64,000 nt of DNA from Hypanus sabinus (taxonomy: Eukaryota), in assembly GCF_030144855.1 (NCBI RefSeq), contig NC_082724.1, forward strand, positions 24,118,001-24,182,000, given 5' to 3'. A program made the translations under genes and the position numbers. The notes under the pieces are model-generated. The model was not told the DNA's origin. It saw only the letters and a program-made list of their open reading frames with translations, and did no database searches. Below, piece by piece: positions 34,144-48,811 of this stretch (the first letter of the stretch is position 1; each line of letters starts with the position of its first letter).

Positions 34144-36019
34144 GTACTAAAATGTTTTCAACCCTTGTCTACATAGCAAAATGCTGGAAACCCCCCTCAG
34201 GTCAAACATCTCACATTTCACAGATGATACCTGACCGCCGAGATTTCCAGCATTTTCTTTGTTTAAGATTTCCTATGTTCGTCATCTTTTTTTCTCCCAA
34301 AAAACACAGTTGTGGAAACTTGATCATTGATGATTAAGGGGGTAAAGTTGAGGATCAGAGAATTGAGGGCTCTGGAGAATTAAGGACCAGAAATGTCCAG
34401 AGCATTATGATTACATTGGCAGAGAGGTACTGAGGGGTCAAGTAGAGCTCCTATTTTCTTCAGTCCTGCCACTCTGCCAGTGGCATTGTGCCAGTTTTCT
34501 CTATAATGTCTTCTGTTGATGAGATTTTTTTACATTAGTGATTGGAGATGTACTTTTCTTTAACCATTATTGACTGGTGGGGTCTCAAACACTTCTTCTT
34601 TTACTCATCTTCTTCCAGCAGAACAAAGAAAAAAAGTTCTCCAAATACACTTTTTCTCCCCAGCTGGCATACAGAGTATTCTAACTGGTGTATTCTTGAT
34701 CATTTCGTTCATCTTCAATAACATTCCACCAGCAAAAGTCACATCTTTCCTTCCCTTTTTGGAATAAGATGTCCTCTCTGACTGTCCAGTTAGATTTCCA
34801 GCAGCACTGATCACTCCCTCTCTCATTCTCTGAAGGTGCCCTAGAGGATGCAACACCTGCCTTTTTATCTCGTCCCTTCCTGCCATGAAGTCATTCCATG
34901 TGAAGTAGCAGTTAATTTGCACTTCTTCCAAGTTAATGCACTTTATTTTATGTCACCCAATCTGCATTTGATTACTTCAACATGGTCTCCTCTGCATTGG
35001 AGAAAATGAAGGCTGGGTGATGGCTTTGTCGAACAGCTCCTTTCATTCCCAAGCTCTCTGTCACTTTCATTATTTACACCCATTCTGGCCTCAGGTTTCA
35101 GCCTCTTCTACTGTTCCAATGAATGCAAACTCAAGGAACAGCACCTCATCTGTCAAAACACATTGTAGCTCTTGTGTGTGAATTCAATCATTTCAGGTAA
35201 CCAGTCTTTCCTGTTTGTGAAAATAGACCTATGGTCATCCACCTGTTACATTAACTCTTTTGACTATAGATGCTATCTGACTTGCTGAATATTTCCTTTT
35301 TTATTTTGATCTCCAATAACTGCCATACTCTGTATTTATTAACTTTTCTCTATCCCATTCTCTGCAACTTAAAACACCCTTGTTTCTCATTTTCCCAGTC
35401 TAATGAAGGAAAATTGATTCAAAATGTTTTTTTTTCTCTCCATAGATACTGTCTGAATCTAATAAGACTATAAGGCATAGGAGCAGAATAGGCTATTCAG
35501 CCCTGCTCTGCTATTTAATCATGGCTGATTTGTATCCCTCTCATCCAGATTCACACACATACTCCCTGTAACTTTGATGCCCTAACTAATAAGACCAAAA
35601 GACACAGGAGCAGAATTAGGCCTTTGGCCCATCAAGTTTGCTCCACTTGCTTTTGTTTTTTTTTCAGCTCAGCTCTGTTGCTTTAGAGAGCCCAGTTTTG
35701 GATACGTTTCAGTAACTATTTCTTTGGGAACAAATATCAGAATATTCTACTTGAGGTGATATTTGAAGGGAGATATTTGTTAATTTAAATGCTAATTTGA
35801 CAAAATAGGAAGTTGGTGCCAAACAGAATAAGTGATGGAATAATTAAGTGATAGCTTAGTACAAGATCTGATCAATGTTTATTTGAGAATTTTAGAAGAC
35901 TACTATTGTTTTGAAAAACTTTGTGATAGCTGAAAAGTCATGACATATTTTGCTATGTTTGCATATTGGATAGTTCGGAATGTACATTATTATATTACAT
36001 TATATTGTATTTTACTCAG

Positions 36020-36098
36020 GTTTGTGTACTTCAGTCTCTTGAAGATTCAGCAAGGAAAGTATGTATTGGTAATACTCATCTTTACTGGCACCCAAAAG
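36020..36098 (+). CDS. PDE12: PDE12 exon 2
   Basis: 79 nt reading VCVLQSLEDSARKVCIGNTHLYWHPK; GT-AG junctions. Confidence 0.95.
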
Positions 36099-36898
36099 GT
36101 AAATTTTGTATTTGTAGTGATATATTCTTAGTACGTTTACCCCCTCCGCTTATTCTATATATTGCACATCTCCATTAAGGAATATTCAACTTACTTAATT
36201 TTGAGGGTGATTTACAGCTGCATGTTCAACAAATTTTACAAATCTCCTATTTATTTTCGCTAATTTTTATCTTCAATTTTTAGTAGAACTTAAATGATAC
36301 CGGACAAATCACACAAACCAACATAGGTCTTGTTTGGAACAGGGGCAGAAAATACGTGTAAAACTCTGATCATCTGCTATCTGACTATTGGATTTGTCAT
36401 CTGTCACATCAGGAGACATTTAACATGTCGTGTCAACACTCATTGGAGCCACCGTTTCCACACTGCCCACTTGTAGATCATGAAAAGTGCCTGTGAGGAA
36501 TTTAAAGCAGCAGCCACATTAAGGACTCTTATATTTTGTGACCCCAAATAAAAAAACAATCACAATTTAATCTTGCCATCATATGGTTAATTAAAATTTA
36601 TCATTATCCCTACCTCTGAGATACCCGCAAACCCTCAAAACCATAGGGATTCACAATCTGTATCTTGTGATTAGGTTTGGGGCCAAATGTAAGATTTCCA
36701 AATTCGAAGATGATGTGAAGTTAACTGTGACATGAAAATAAAATTAAAACTGATTAAGTTTATGTCCTGGTATAGCAGGCATTTATGGAAGTAAATGGTA
36801 TTTCGATCCTTAATGCTATTATATAGAACTTTAATGAGTCTATAGCTACAATATTGGGTGCAATTCCAGTCATCTTAGCTGTAAAACCTGTATGTTTT

Positions 36899-37683
36899 TG
36901 TAGCGCCCTGGTGAAGATTTTTACTGCTGTGCTGTAGGTATTCCATTATAGCAGTTCTGCAAGAGCAGTCTGTTCTGCTTTCAGCGTGTTTGAGCTTGAT
37001 TTAAAGGGACCATGTTGTTCAACTTGGGAATGAGGATGGTGGAATTGGGAGAGGGTCTGGACAACGCTGGGTGGAGAGGTATTTGTGGCAAACCCTGGTG
37101 TGGGTTGAGGTCTTTTTAGCAGGAGCTGGGAGAAGACAGGAGGAAGATAGCTGAGGGTACTGTCCCTGTTGCACAGTGTGCTTTGTGCTTCGAGGAGGAA
37201 GGGCCAGTACTCTGGTGGGGGAGCCCCTTTGTTTGAGATGGATTTCGAGTGACAGTCAGAAGGTAGAGTGTGTGCTTTCACACAGACCAGTGCTCGAGTT
37301 AAAGGCAACTTCAAGACGAGCTCCAATTTATGTGGACATTTGGACTGGGTTATCTGTAATGGGCCCTTTTCATTTTTTTTCTCTTCTTCCTACTAACTGT
37401 TCGGTAAAGCAGTCAATTGTAAATATACTTTCTTTATAATTGTATGCAGTGTACGATCTGTTATTTCTTGCCGATGGCTAATTGCATGGGGGCAGTATTT
37501 ATACAGTATTTGCACTGGTCGGGGTTCGGGTGGTCAAGACATCCCAACTTCTCAGTTTGCCAAGTCATACTGACCCTAGACATATGGGGTTTGAGACAGT
37601 TGATTTTCTCACTGCGGAGGCCAGTGGCTATTAATGAGGGGCTAATGAGCCCCATACGAGATGCCTGGTGAAAAAGGGCTTCA
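36899..37683. mobile_element. Probable solo LTR inside an old CR1 fragment, PDE12 intron 2
   Basis: TGTAGCGCCC...GGGCTTCA termini; CR1-like sequence resumes on both sides; TSD only approximate (tttt/tttc). Confidence 0.5.
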
Positions 37684-38580
37684 TTTCTTTCAGAGGGCAT
37701 GCAGTGAAGGTTCACCATTCTGGTGTCTGTAATGTAAGGAATAATTTTTAGACCAGGTTTCTATTTTCTGGAGAAGTGACCTCACTGAAGTATAGATAAA
37801 TAGGTGTGAGGAAGGTGTTTCTCTGGCAAAGACATGTATAATTTGGAGGTCAAACTCTTAAAATATACATTGGATCAGTGAGACTGAAATGAAGAGATAT
37901 TTTCTTGAGAGTGGTGAATCCTAGGTATTCTGTGTCATAAAGGGTTATGGAAGTTCTGTCAATGATAGATTCAAAGCCAATTAATTATATATTAAACAAT
38001 GCATATGGGGGATAGTGCTATAAAATTGTGTTTATGTTGAAGATCAGCCATAATCTTATTGAATGAAGGAACAGGCTGAGGGACAACATCGATGCAGGCA
38101 TTCCTGGTTGAAGTTTTATTTCCTGGCTGATGTTTGCAACTGGAAATTGATAATGAAATTCAACCGGGGCTTAATAAAATATAATTGAACTCAGCTTTGA
38201 TCTTTGTAAGAGCACTTGTTAGTGTATATGAATTTACACAGGTGCGTATGGTGCTGGATTGTTGTGACAGACCTTAAATTACAGTTTATTAGAACTAAAA
38301 TGGGTTACTTTAATTATTGAGCTTAATACTTCAGTAGAGCTTTTGGTTCTCCAAGAACTTTTAATACTGGTATGATGACTAGAGTGGTTGCTGTACAAAA
38401 ATATTAAAGTAGTTTGATATTCATATAATTCTTCAAAATTTCCTGAATGTTAAAGCAGTTGTTCAGTTTGTTAGGGGACAAAAAGGAAAAGGTTGCTCAT
38501 ATCTGTAATTTGCAGATAAGAATCTTAATTAACATTTTAACCATGAGAATTTATCTAAGATTTCTTGCACTATTTTTCAG

Positions 38581-39023
38581 GAGGGCATATTCGTCTTATT
38601 CAGATAGCAATCGCATTTCGTCATCTGCATCAAATTACTTCAGAGATGTATCCTAATACACCGATAATCTTTTGTGGTGACTTTAATAGCATCCCGAATT
38701 CAGGATTGTATGAATTTGTTACCAAAGGAAGCATTTCTGCAGATCACCATGACTGGTCTTCAAATGGTGAAGAAGAACAATGCCCGATGTCTCTTACTCA
38801 CTCATTTGAACTTAGAAGTGCTTGTGGAGAACCTGCTTACACAAATTATGTAGGTGGCTTTCAAGGCTGTTTGGACTATATTTTTATGGATACGAACACA
38901 TTTGAAATTGCTGAGGTGATTCCTTTTCCAACTCATGAGGAAATCACCTGCCATGTGGCCCTGCCAAGTGTTTCACATCCATCAGATCACATTGCACTTG
39001 TCTGTGATCTTCAGTGGAAATGA
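38581..39023 (+). CDS. PDE12: PDE12 exon 3 (to stop)
   Basis: GHIRLIQ..CGDFNS..TNYVGGFQGCLDYIF..PSDHIALVCDLQWK*. Spliced protein is 568 aa. Confidence 0.96.
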
Positions 39024-42000
39024 ACAGTGCCCTCTTGTCAGCTACTTTACTAATGGTAAATAGCATTGTGTGAATTTACAAGGATATAACTTTACAAAGT
39101 AAATAAGTGTATAAGCATCTTTGGAGATGGTGAGTGAATGAGATTTTGTTTAACAGGACACTGCAGTAATCAGAATCATAGGGCAGCAGAAACTGGATAG
39201 AATACATTTAAAATTTTAAGTGTAACTTGTGATCAGAATAATCCAAAATAATGTAAAAAATAAAATCAAGCATGATTGGAATTTCTTCTAAATAAACTTA
39301 ACTGAGCAAAATCACTCGTCTGCCTGCAGTTCACACTGTGATTCAACACAAGTTTAGTTATCAATGCAGATAATGTATACACATGCAAACTGCCAAAATG
39401 TCAAAGTGAAAATATACCTTAATTAATGTGCATTTCCAAGTTCATAGTACTTCAAAAATAGTGTAACACATACAAGAAATGCTGGCGGGAATCTATGGAA
39501 ATGAATAAATAGTTGATGTTTCAGGCTGAGACTCTTCAGGACTGGAAAGGAATGGTGATGCAGGAAAAGATGATTTAAAATATTTTCTCTTCACATGACC
39601 TAAACACAATTCAGTGGGAATGGGAAGTGCCTGGATTAGAATAAATATCTAATGCAATAAAATGAAAATTAATTTAGATCAAAATAAGTAAGCTGAAGTC
39701 TGAACTAGTATGCTAACTGTAAGCCAAGATGTAGCTGTTGCCCTGTAGCCCAATGCCTCTTCACCCCTCCCAAGTTTTACAATCAACAACGTAAAATTGC
39801 TGTGCTTCTATTAGGAAACTTCCACTAACATCTTATACCAAAACCCCAATCCAAGTAAATATTTACTATATTTCTTGGGTGAACTTCCATTTCTTAATGT
39901 GGTTTCAATGGCACTGATATACTGTCAAATACTAATTAAGAAATCATAGAACTCAAAATATACAACTTTAGTTATTTACATGAATTGGACAAATGCATTC
40001 AAAGGGGAGCTAGACAAACAGTTGGAGAAGTGAAGAGGAAATACACCCTGTTTAATGAAGGTGGCAGGAGCCTGGGTGGAAAAATGGATTATAAGGAAGG
40101 TACAATACAAAAGCAATGGGAAAATATTCTATCAAAACCAGTTAATGAAAAAACTGTCATTCTGTTTCTGTCCCCAACTAAACTGACAGATTGTTCATTT
40201 TCTGTAACCCACCCATAATGATTTGCAGCTATCACACATCAAATGTGTTCTCGCTGAAGTGATAATCATTACATGTACTTTTCTCACCTGATTAACAATC
40301 ATTACAAATTTGGAAAAAAAATAATTTTACCTGTGCTCAAATAACACATTTACTTAGAATAAGTCAGCCATGTTACTTTTATTGATAGCCATCCATTGTT
40401 GTTTCTTTGATATTCTAATATATAAACACAAACTAGGAACATACACCTTGTTAAACAGTGAATGTCAAAAATCCTGATGGTCTTTGCAAAACACACCTGT
40501 TTATTCCATTCCATAGATGCTGCAAGACCCGCTGAATTTCTCCAGCATTTTGTGGCTATGGATTTCTAACATCTCAAAGATTTTTACTGCTCCACACGAA
40601 AGTCACTGTGAGGGATGCCTACCCTTAAATTTAAATCTTTTCTTTGATGGGAGTTCAGTGAGACCCCTCTGATTTCTGCTGCCCTATGATTCTTCAATCA
40701 TTTACTCATCTAGACTGGGAGTGGGGTGGAATTCTCTCCTCATCTCTTCTATTCCTCACCATCTTCTTACCTCTTCTAAACAGCAACTGGATAGAATACA
40801 TTTAAAATTTTAAGTGTAACTTGTGATCTGCAAACAAATTCAAACAAGCAGTTTTCAAAAGTAGGAACAATGGGAGCAGACATTAGGATAGGAACATAGC
40901 CCTGGATTAGTAGTCATTTTTATTTTTTTTCCCACAGCAGTCTGACCAGTTATATTTCAAACTACCACTCAAATTATCTTTTGCTGTTTGTCTGGAAACA
41001 AAACTACCATTTTTATAAATGCCTTGAAAACAACTTGAGCAATCAGTGCCCACCCTCAAGTTTAAATTGCACAAAAAATAGTATTTGAATCAAGTAAATT
41101 ACCAATGTTGTATAAACCTTTATTACATTTAAAATCAATGGACTCCTTTCATTATCTGAATGTTGATTTTCAAGTTTTAGGAAGACTTGCCCATCCAAAG
41201 TCAAATATACCAACATTAACTATATTACACTGAATACCACCACACACCAGCAACAGTAACATGCAATACTTTAAAAGTTACAACTTTCAATACAATTGAA
41301 CTTCAGTGTTTAGAAATGCCAACATGAAAGAAAGAATGCTTAAGACTTTGATTTTTGTTGTTTAATGTTTACACCACAGTTGAGTACACAGCTTGTTTTT
41401 TTATAACAAACTGAATTTGTACCATTAAATAGGAAGAACTGAGGACAGATGTGAAACTAGTTATATATTGCCAAAAACAAGTACAGTATCTACAAGACTA
41501 TTTAAACCCATAATCTTGTATTAAACTAGCCAGTATCACAAATACCTTTGGAGTTGTTTCAATGGAACATAAACGGGTTGTTCTGGCCATAATGTTAGAA
41601 TCAACATACGTATAAAGTCAAAGCAATGTCTGTGCAATCAGTGAATTCTCCATTAGGTAAATATTATTTCCCGGATTCCAACATGTGTATCCACCTCTTT
41701 ACTCAAGTCTATTCAGGAGCCACATCCAATATTATTAAAATGGAAAGTAACTGGTGACCATTTTCACAATACAAATTACAATTTTTCAGCAGATTGATTT
41801 AGCACGACCTGATGTATCACAGAACTTAATACAAAGGTAAAGTAAAAAAGTTCATTAGGTAAATGTACTTAATGTTAATTTCTTAAAGATAGTACAGAAG
41901 TTCATTTCAACTAGGATATAAATTGGGAAAAATGTATTTTTCCCCACAGTGAGTTAACTATAAACTATCTGTTTAAACTTCCAATTTAGGAAACCTACCA

Positions 42001-42163
42001 CAAATGCTGGCAACAATGAAGAGTTTAAAATCAAGCTGCATTGCCTAAAAAAGCCCCCGAAAACAATACTTGAGTTGAAAACTAGATGACAACTCAAGGT
42101 AAAGAAACCAAACATTTTGTTAACTAAAACCTATAATTGTTAAACTAAGTTGTAGCACCAGGC

Positions 42164-42250
42164 CTAGGATTTTGAAAGTTCACTTGTCAACCAGTCAAGC
42201 CCTTCACACAAGCCGGTTCCTTCTGTGGCGCAAGTACCTTGAACGTACCA
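42164..42250 (-). CDS. ARF4: ARF4 exon 6 (to stop)
   Basis: WYVQGTCATEGTGLCEGLDWLTSELSKS*; 87 nt. Confidence 0.95.
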   Translation of the reverse strand, partial: WYVQGTCATEGTGLCEGLDWLTSELSKS

Positions 42251-42519
42251 CTATTCAAAAACAGAAAAATATAGTATTAGACAAAATGTCAATTAACACT
42301 TCTAACCAAAATAGAATCAAGCTAAAATAGCTTTTATATAAAACATGTTACACACCCACCCATAAATTTTCAGTTCCAAGCACAAGACTCGCTAGAAGAT
42401 AACTTCATTCAATGAGGAACTGAGGATCATTAAACTTGCAGCATTCAGGCAAAATATTTTACAGATTATACATTCTTAATGTGTCATACCTTTGGCCCCA
42501 AAACACTAAAGGCAATATA

Positions 42520-43440
42520 TCCCATAACACCTTCACAATTACTCTCAACACCAGACCTCCACAAGGCTTTGTCCTTAGCCTCATACTTTCATGTCTGTTG
42601 TTAAATTCCACTGCAACCCATATACAAGTTTGGTGATTACACTACTATTGTGGGTCAGATCTAAAACTATGCCAAGATGGAGTGCAGGAAGAAGACAAGC
42701 CAGCCCAGACAAAAACCTTGCCCACTATGTCAGAAAAAGAGTTGCCATTGACTTCAGAAAGCAGGTGGATTACATACACCCTCTCTATATCAATGGTGCA
42801 GAAGTGGAGATGGTTGAGCGCTTTAAGTTCCCGACTGCAAATATTATCAACATTTTTTCCTGGTCAAACCATGTAGATACTATGACTAAGAAAGTACACC
42901 AATACCTCTGCTTCCTTAAACGGCTAAGGAAGCTTGAAACATCTTTATAAAATGCACTTTGAAAGCATCCAATCTGGATGCATCACAGCTTAGTATGGCA
43001 AATGTTTTCCTCGATTCTGCAAGAAATTGCGGAGCTGTGAATGCAGTCATGTGAGCCGACCTCCGCTACATTGATCTTCTACTGCTTTTCAAAAACAGCT
43101 AACATAATCAAAGACCCTTGCAGTTCCAGTAATTTTGTCTTCTTCCTCTTTGGGCAGAAGATACAAAATTTTGACAGCATGCACCATGAGACCCAAGGGC
43201 AGCTTCTATTCCACTGTTACCAAATTCCTGAATGGACATCTCATAAATTAAAAAATGAACTTAATATCCCAATCTACCTTAATGTGGCTCCTGCACTTTG
43301 TCATCTTGTACTCTATAACTGCAATACTATATTCTCCATTGCTTTCCTTGATTTAACTATGTGTGGCATGTTCTGTCTGGATGACACACACCAGAACAAA
43401 GCTTTTCACTATCTTGTTACATGTAATAAATCAACACTAG
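42520..43440 (+). mobile_element. Rex1/Babar-like LINE fragment, ARF4 intron 5
   Basis: ITLNT..PQG.VLS and INGAEVE.VE.FKF..SWSNH...KK..Q.L.FL.RLRK motifs. Confidence 0.8.
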
Positions 43441-43938
43441 TAAGGTCCTTTAGAACTTTCAGAAATGGACCATACTACTTCATATTTCCACTGTTTACAT
43501 CTTTAAAGAAGTTGTGGCCGTTTTGTGAATTTCCAACTTTTCTTAAAGATGTTAATAAGATAGGCTGTGCAAGATTGGTGGCATCTTACACCCAAAAATA
43601 AAGTTTCTTTGCCACTAACATTAATGCAAAGGTTAATGTGCAAAATGTACATGAGACATCTGGATCAGAAAACTTATACGTAACAACGTTATATTGAAAA
43701 TTCTCATCTAGCAATTTATCACTATTATCATACTGAGAGATTAAAGACATTTCATTGGTGTAGAGCCCAAATTCTCATTTTATAAATTCATTCATTGGTC
43801 AAGTATCAATTAAGGAATCATAGACCTTAACAAGTTCAATAACACCTACAGCACATATATTGTAAATACTGAGAAAAAAAGCTAGGTTAATGACACTACT
43901 AATGTATACAATGCTAAAATTCTATATAGATTTCTTAC

Positions 43939-44064
43939 AACTCTGTCACGATAGGAATGTAGTCCTAATTTTTCTGTAACTTCACAGGTGGACAAGGCAT
44001 TTGGCAAGTCTTGTTTATTGGCAAATACCAATAAAATTGCATTTCTTAATTCATCTTCTTGAAG
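43939..44064 (-). CDS. ARF4: ARF4 exon 5
   Basis: [42 protein letters not shown]; 126 nt; contains NKQD (G4). Confidence 0.95.
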
Positions 44065-45197
44065 CTGGAATAAAACACATGAGTTAATTTGATACACAAG
44101 TAAAAGATATACATCGTGATCTATATAACTGGAGTTTACTTTTGATAGTTGTCCAGGTGCCAATTTAAACCCAGCATCAGTAGTTCCAGTTCAAACCCAA
44201 CCCAAGTATTTGACTACTATTTTTGAAGACGCTGAAGGAATGTCAAAAATACAAAATGAATATATTTGTGTAAGATTCAGTATCATTTAATAATCCAATT
44301 TTTATCAACCACACCAAACTATAAAATAATAAAGAACTAGACAGATGTCTTGGGATTGAGCTGCACAATGCATGAAGGATTGCCACAAGTGGTGACACCA
44401 GCTTTGAACTTAAATTACTATTCAATTGTAATAAAAGTTTTGGAAGTTAATTCACCGTAGATCTGTAAATGAGTCACCTGTAGTACACAGATCACTTTCT
44501 GAATGGCTTTAAAATTAATTCAAGTTTGATAACTATATATCCCTTTGGGACAGCTTCATAATTTGCTCAACTCCACTTCCCTGCCCATAATCCTGAATTT
44601 CTCATGCAATCTAAAAAAAATTCCCCCAATTTAATTAGAAGATCACTGGGCAGAGAATGCAAAAGTTCACAAGCTTCCACACGAATTTCCTGTTCATTGC
44701 AGACCTTAACCCCGGACTATGCTCCTAGCCACCTCTAGCAGAGGAAACATTTCACAGCACCTTCTCTGTCAAGCATGCTTAGAATCCTGTATGTTTCTGC
44801 AAGATCACTGCTCTCTGCTAAACTGAGCACAGCCCCATTCTTACCCATATGTCAATACCCCCACCCCACCAGTTAACACTGTCTCATACCTAAATTAACT
44901 TTAGGCTAAAAAAAAAAAATAGTGTTATGCTTTTCTATCACTTAAAAATAGATTAAAACAATTTATCAACAACCGCTGTTAGGTTTATTGGTTTAAGGGA
45001 GTTTTTTCTTCATCCTTTCTTGAATGACACCGATACAATTACTGTTTCTAATGAATTCTTAATCTGCATGGCCTCAAAATGCTCACAACTTAATTGTCTA
45101 TATAAATATCTACAGGGATATAACAACCTACCTGCAAGAAAGGAACATTTGCTTAAAATATTGGCAGTATACCAAATACAAAGTAATAGATACATAC

Positions 45198-45269
45198 CAT
45201 TTTTCCAAGTTCATCTGCTGCTTCTGGCAATCTCTCCCTATCATTGCTATCTAGCACAAAAATAAGACC
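45198..45269 (-). CDS. ARF4: ARF4 exon 4
   Basis: GLIFVLDSNDRERLPEAADELGKM; 72 nt. Confidence 0.95.
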
Positions 45270-46406
45270 CTATAATAAGAAATAAAGTTTTGTATTTGAG
45301 ATTTGCTTTAAAAGGCAGAAAATAAAGAGTTCAAAGAAATATTCACAGAAATCAGTGTAGTTAGGAGATAAAACTTGCTTTTTATAGAAAAACTGTTAAA
45401 TTAATATTTTAATAAATACAAACCTACAATTGAATTTACATGCACGTTATATGTTATTATTTATATGCCTGAGTAGGTCCCTAATCTAATGCATATTTAT
45501 CAACTCTTGTGCTGCAAAGGAATTAAGAAATCCCAATCCAAATGAACATCAAATATTGATTTAAAGAAAAAACAACATTAAGAGCATCACCGATTACTTC
45601 ACATGAACAATTATAAAAGTTCTCCTTTATAGTTAAGCTTTTAGTTGTTATGAACTGGAGTCACTTCATGTACACAATTATCAGATTTTCTACAACTGTT
45701 TTCTAGTCTTTTGAATACCTCAGAAATAAAATTAACACTAAACAAGCCCTCCTAGTCTGTAATGGAGTAATTGTATGCTATTTATTTATGTAAGTATTTT
45801 ATGCTATGAATTTAAAATGTAATACATAAAGGGCATTGTTGATTGCCTTAATTTCAGCAGTGTCATTAGAAGCATAATTGGTACAAGAGTTGAGATGTGA
45901 GGAAAGGTTTGGGTTCTCAACAGTACATAGGTAAGAGCAATCAGTAGGAGTTATCACTGGTTAAAAATCAGACTGCAAATTATAAGCACCAAAAAGCATA
46001 AAAATATGGTTTTTGAACAGCATGACACTGTTAAACAAACATTAAACAAATATTACATGCCAAATTTAGCTGATCTGCTCCCCATCTAAAACTAGCCTAC
46101 ATTAATTAAAGCATGTTTCCATCACATACTTTGAAAGATGCTGTAAGTTAGCAGCGTATTTGTCAGTGCACTGAGGAAACACTGCTTCCAAAATGGCCCC
46201 GAAAGTGAAAATTGCAAAATTACACCACATTGTAAAAGATCAGCCAAAATCTCATTGAATAACAGAGCAGATTAGAGGCTTATATTCTTTAGCTCTTGTA
46301 AGTCAGTTCATCCAAAAAAAAGTTTTTTGGTGGTATAAAGAACGAGTTTAAACAGATCTGTATAGCTATTGGTCATAAATACTTTGTGGCATGTAGCATT
46401 AAGTTA

Positions 46407-46622
<216 letters not shown>

Positions 46623-47689
46623 TCATTTAACTAGTTTGCAATAGCTGCACTAAGAATCTTAATTTACTTACAATCAGTTAGTTATTACCTTGCACTTGCA
46701 TTGAATATTTGTTTCTTTGGTAATTGAAAATGTTAGTCAAGAAAAGAAACTTGCTTTGAACAAAATATTCTTCCCTTCGGGAATTGTATTAATCCTGCTA
46801 CTCAGCTTATTAAAAGACATCACCTTAAATTTTGTATTCATACATTTTCTCCAATTTATTTTTAGCTTCATAACTTTCTTAGATAATTTTAGTAAGATCT
46901 TTGATTCACACATGGTGGTGCAATCTATGAATGGTTGAAATAACTAGTGCTGGAAACATATACCCATATGCTAAAAGTAAATGTCATTTAAAAACTAAAC
47001 TGCTATGCTGCAGGCAATTTGTAAATTAGCTTTCATATTATTGTCCATTGATCCACTGTGTGCTGTTTATATGAAATATATGAAAGAGCCAGCTAATGAC
47101 TTCTGGAGGTCAGAAAATAACAAATATTTGACATTTTACTTCACTATTGTAATCAACACTGATTGCAGGGGCAGAGCCAAGTTATAATAAGCTGATGCAC
47201 TTCATCTCCATTTTAGTCAATGTTAATCATTTTAAATATTTAAACATGTTAGGTGTCTTTTTAATTAAGAGAAAATACTTAAATCTTTTTTCTCAACTAT
47301 TAAATGCCTCTGATATCAAAGATATTTTAAAAAAGGTGAAAAAAGGTCTTTGATAGTAGGATCTTGTCAAAGGGCCACTTGAATGTTATGGAGCCAGTGG
47401 AATGTCAGGATTCACTTCTCAAGCACAGTTGCTGTTCATAGACAATTCAACTTTGTAGACTGGGCACAATTAAGCACAGTTTTGAACAGTAGCCAATCAC
47501 TGTTGAGAAGTTGCAGCTCTTTCAGGTTGCAATTTGAATACATAAAGCATCGATTTGCGGCAGCTTGGTGTCTGAACAACAGCCAATCAGCAATCAGGAT
47601 TGACTGGCAAGAACAAATAAAAATAGGGCAGGTGCAAGTGCTGGAGTTGACAGTGTTATTTGAATCTTTAGCTCCAAGGCTTCAGCAAG

Positions 47690-48811
47690 GAATCTTTCAT
47701 GTTTTATTGTTTTGCAACTTTGAATTACAGTGGAATCTATTTTGCTTTTTTGGCACTGAATAACAGAAAAAGACTTTCATTTCAAAGTGAAAACAGATAT
47801 CTACCAAGTAATCTAAATTACTTAAATATAAAACAAAAATAATTGATTGCTTAAGTATTCACCTCCTTCAGGTCAGCATTTAGTAGATGCACATTTGGCA
47901 GCAATTACAGTGTAGATAGGTGTACTTAAGCAGCTTGATAACTGCTCATGCTCTGTCAGGTTGCATGGGGATTGTGAGTGAACAGCCTTTTTCCAAGTCC
48001 AGTCACAAATTCTCAATTGGATTGAGGTCTTGGCTCTGACTTGGCCACTCCTGTGTAGCGTTAGCTTTATGTTTGGGGTCACTGTTCTGCGAGAAAACAA
48101 ATCTTCTCCCAAGTCACAGTTCTCTTGCAGACAGCATCAGGTTTTCCTCCAAGATTTCTCTGTCATTCATTTTACCCTCTACCTTCATAAGCCTTCCAGG
48201 GCCTGCTGCAGTGAAGCATCCCACAGCATGAGGTAGCCACTACCATGCTTCATGGTAGGTATGATGTGTTTCTGATGATGTGAGGTGTTTGGCTCATGCC
48301 GAACATAATGTTTAGTCTGATGGCCTAAAAGCTCAATTTTGGTTTCATCAGACCATAGAACCTTCTTTCAGCTGACTTCAGAGTCTCCCACATGCTTCTG
48401 GAAAACTCTAGCTGAGATATCATGTGAGTTTTTTTTTTCCAACAGTGGCTTTCTCTTTGCCACTCTCCGATAAAGTTACAACTGGTGAAGCACCCGAGCA
48501 GCAGTTGTATGTGCAGTCTCTCCCATCTCAGCCACTGAATTATGTGACTTCCAAAACCAATTGGCTGCACCAGTGATGATTTGGTGCATCATAATAAAGA
48601 GGGGTGAATACTTACACAATCAATTATTTTGTGTTTTATATTTGTTATTAATTTAGATCACTTTGTAGAGATCTGTTTTCACTTTGACACGAAAGAGTCT
48701 TTCCGTTGATCAATATTAAAAAAGCCAAACAGAATTCACTGTGATTCAATGTTGTAAAACAATAAAACATGAAAACTTCTGGGGGGCGGTGAATACTTTT
48801 TATAGGCACTG
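47690..48811 (-). mobile_element. Internally deleted Tc1-like (IR/DR type) transposon
   Basis: Long imperfect inverted repeats (about 47695-47870 versus about 48600-48780) ending ...ttttataggcactg. Tc1 transposase remnants such as tttggtttcatcagacca (WSDETK) and cttcatggtagg. Confidence 0.85.
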
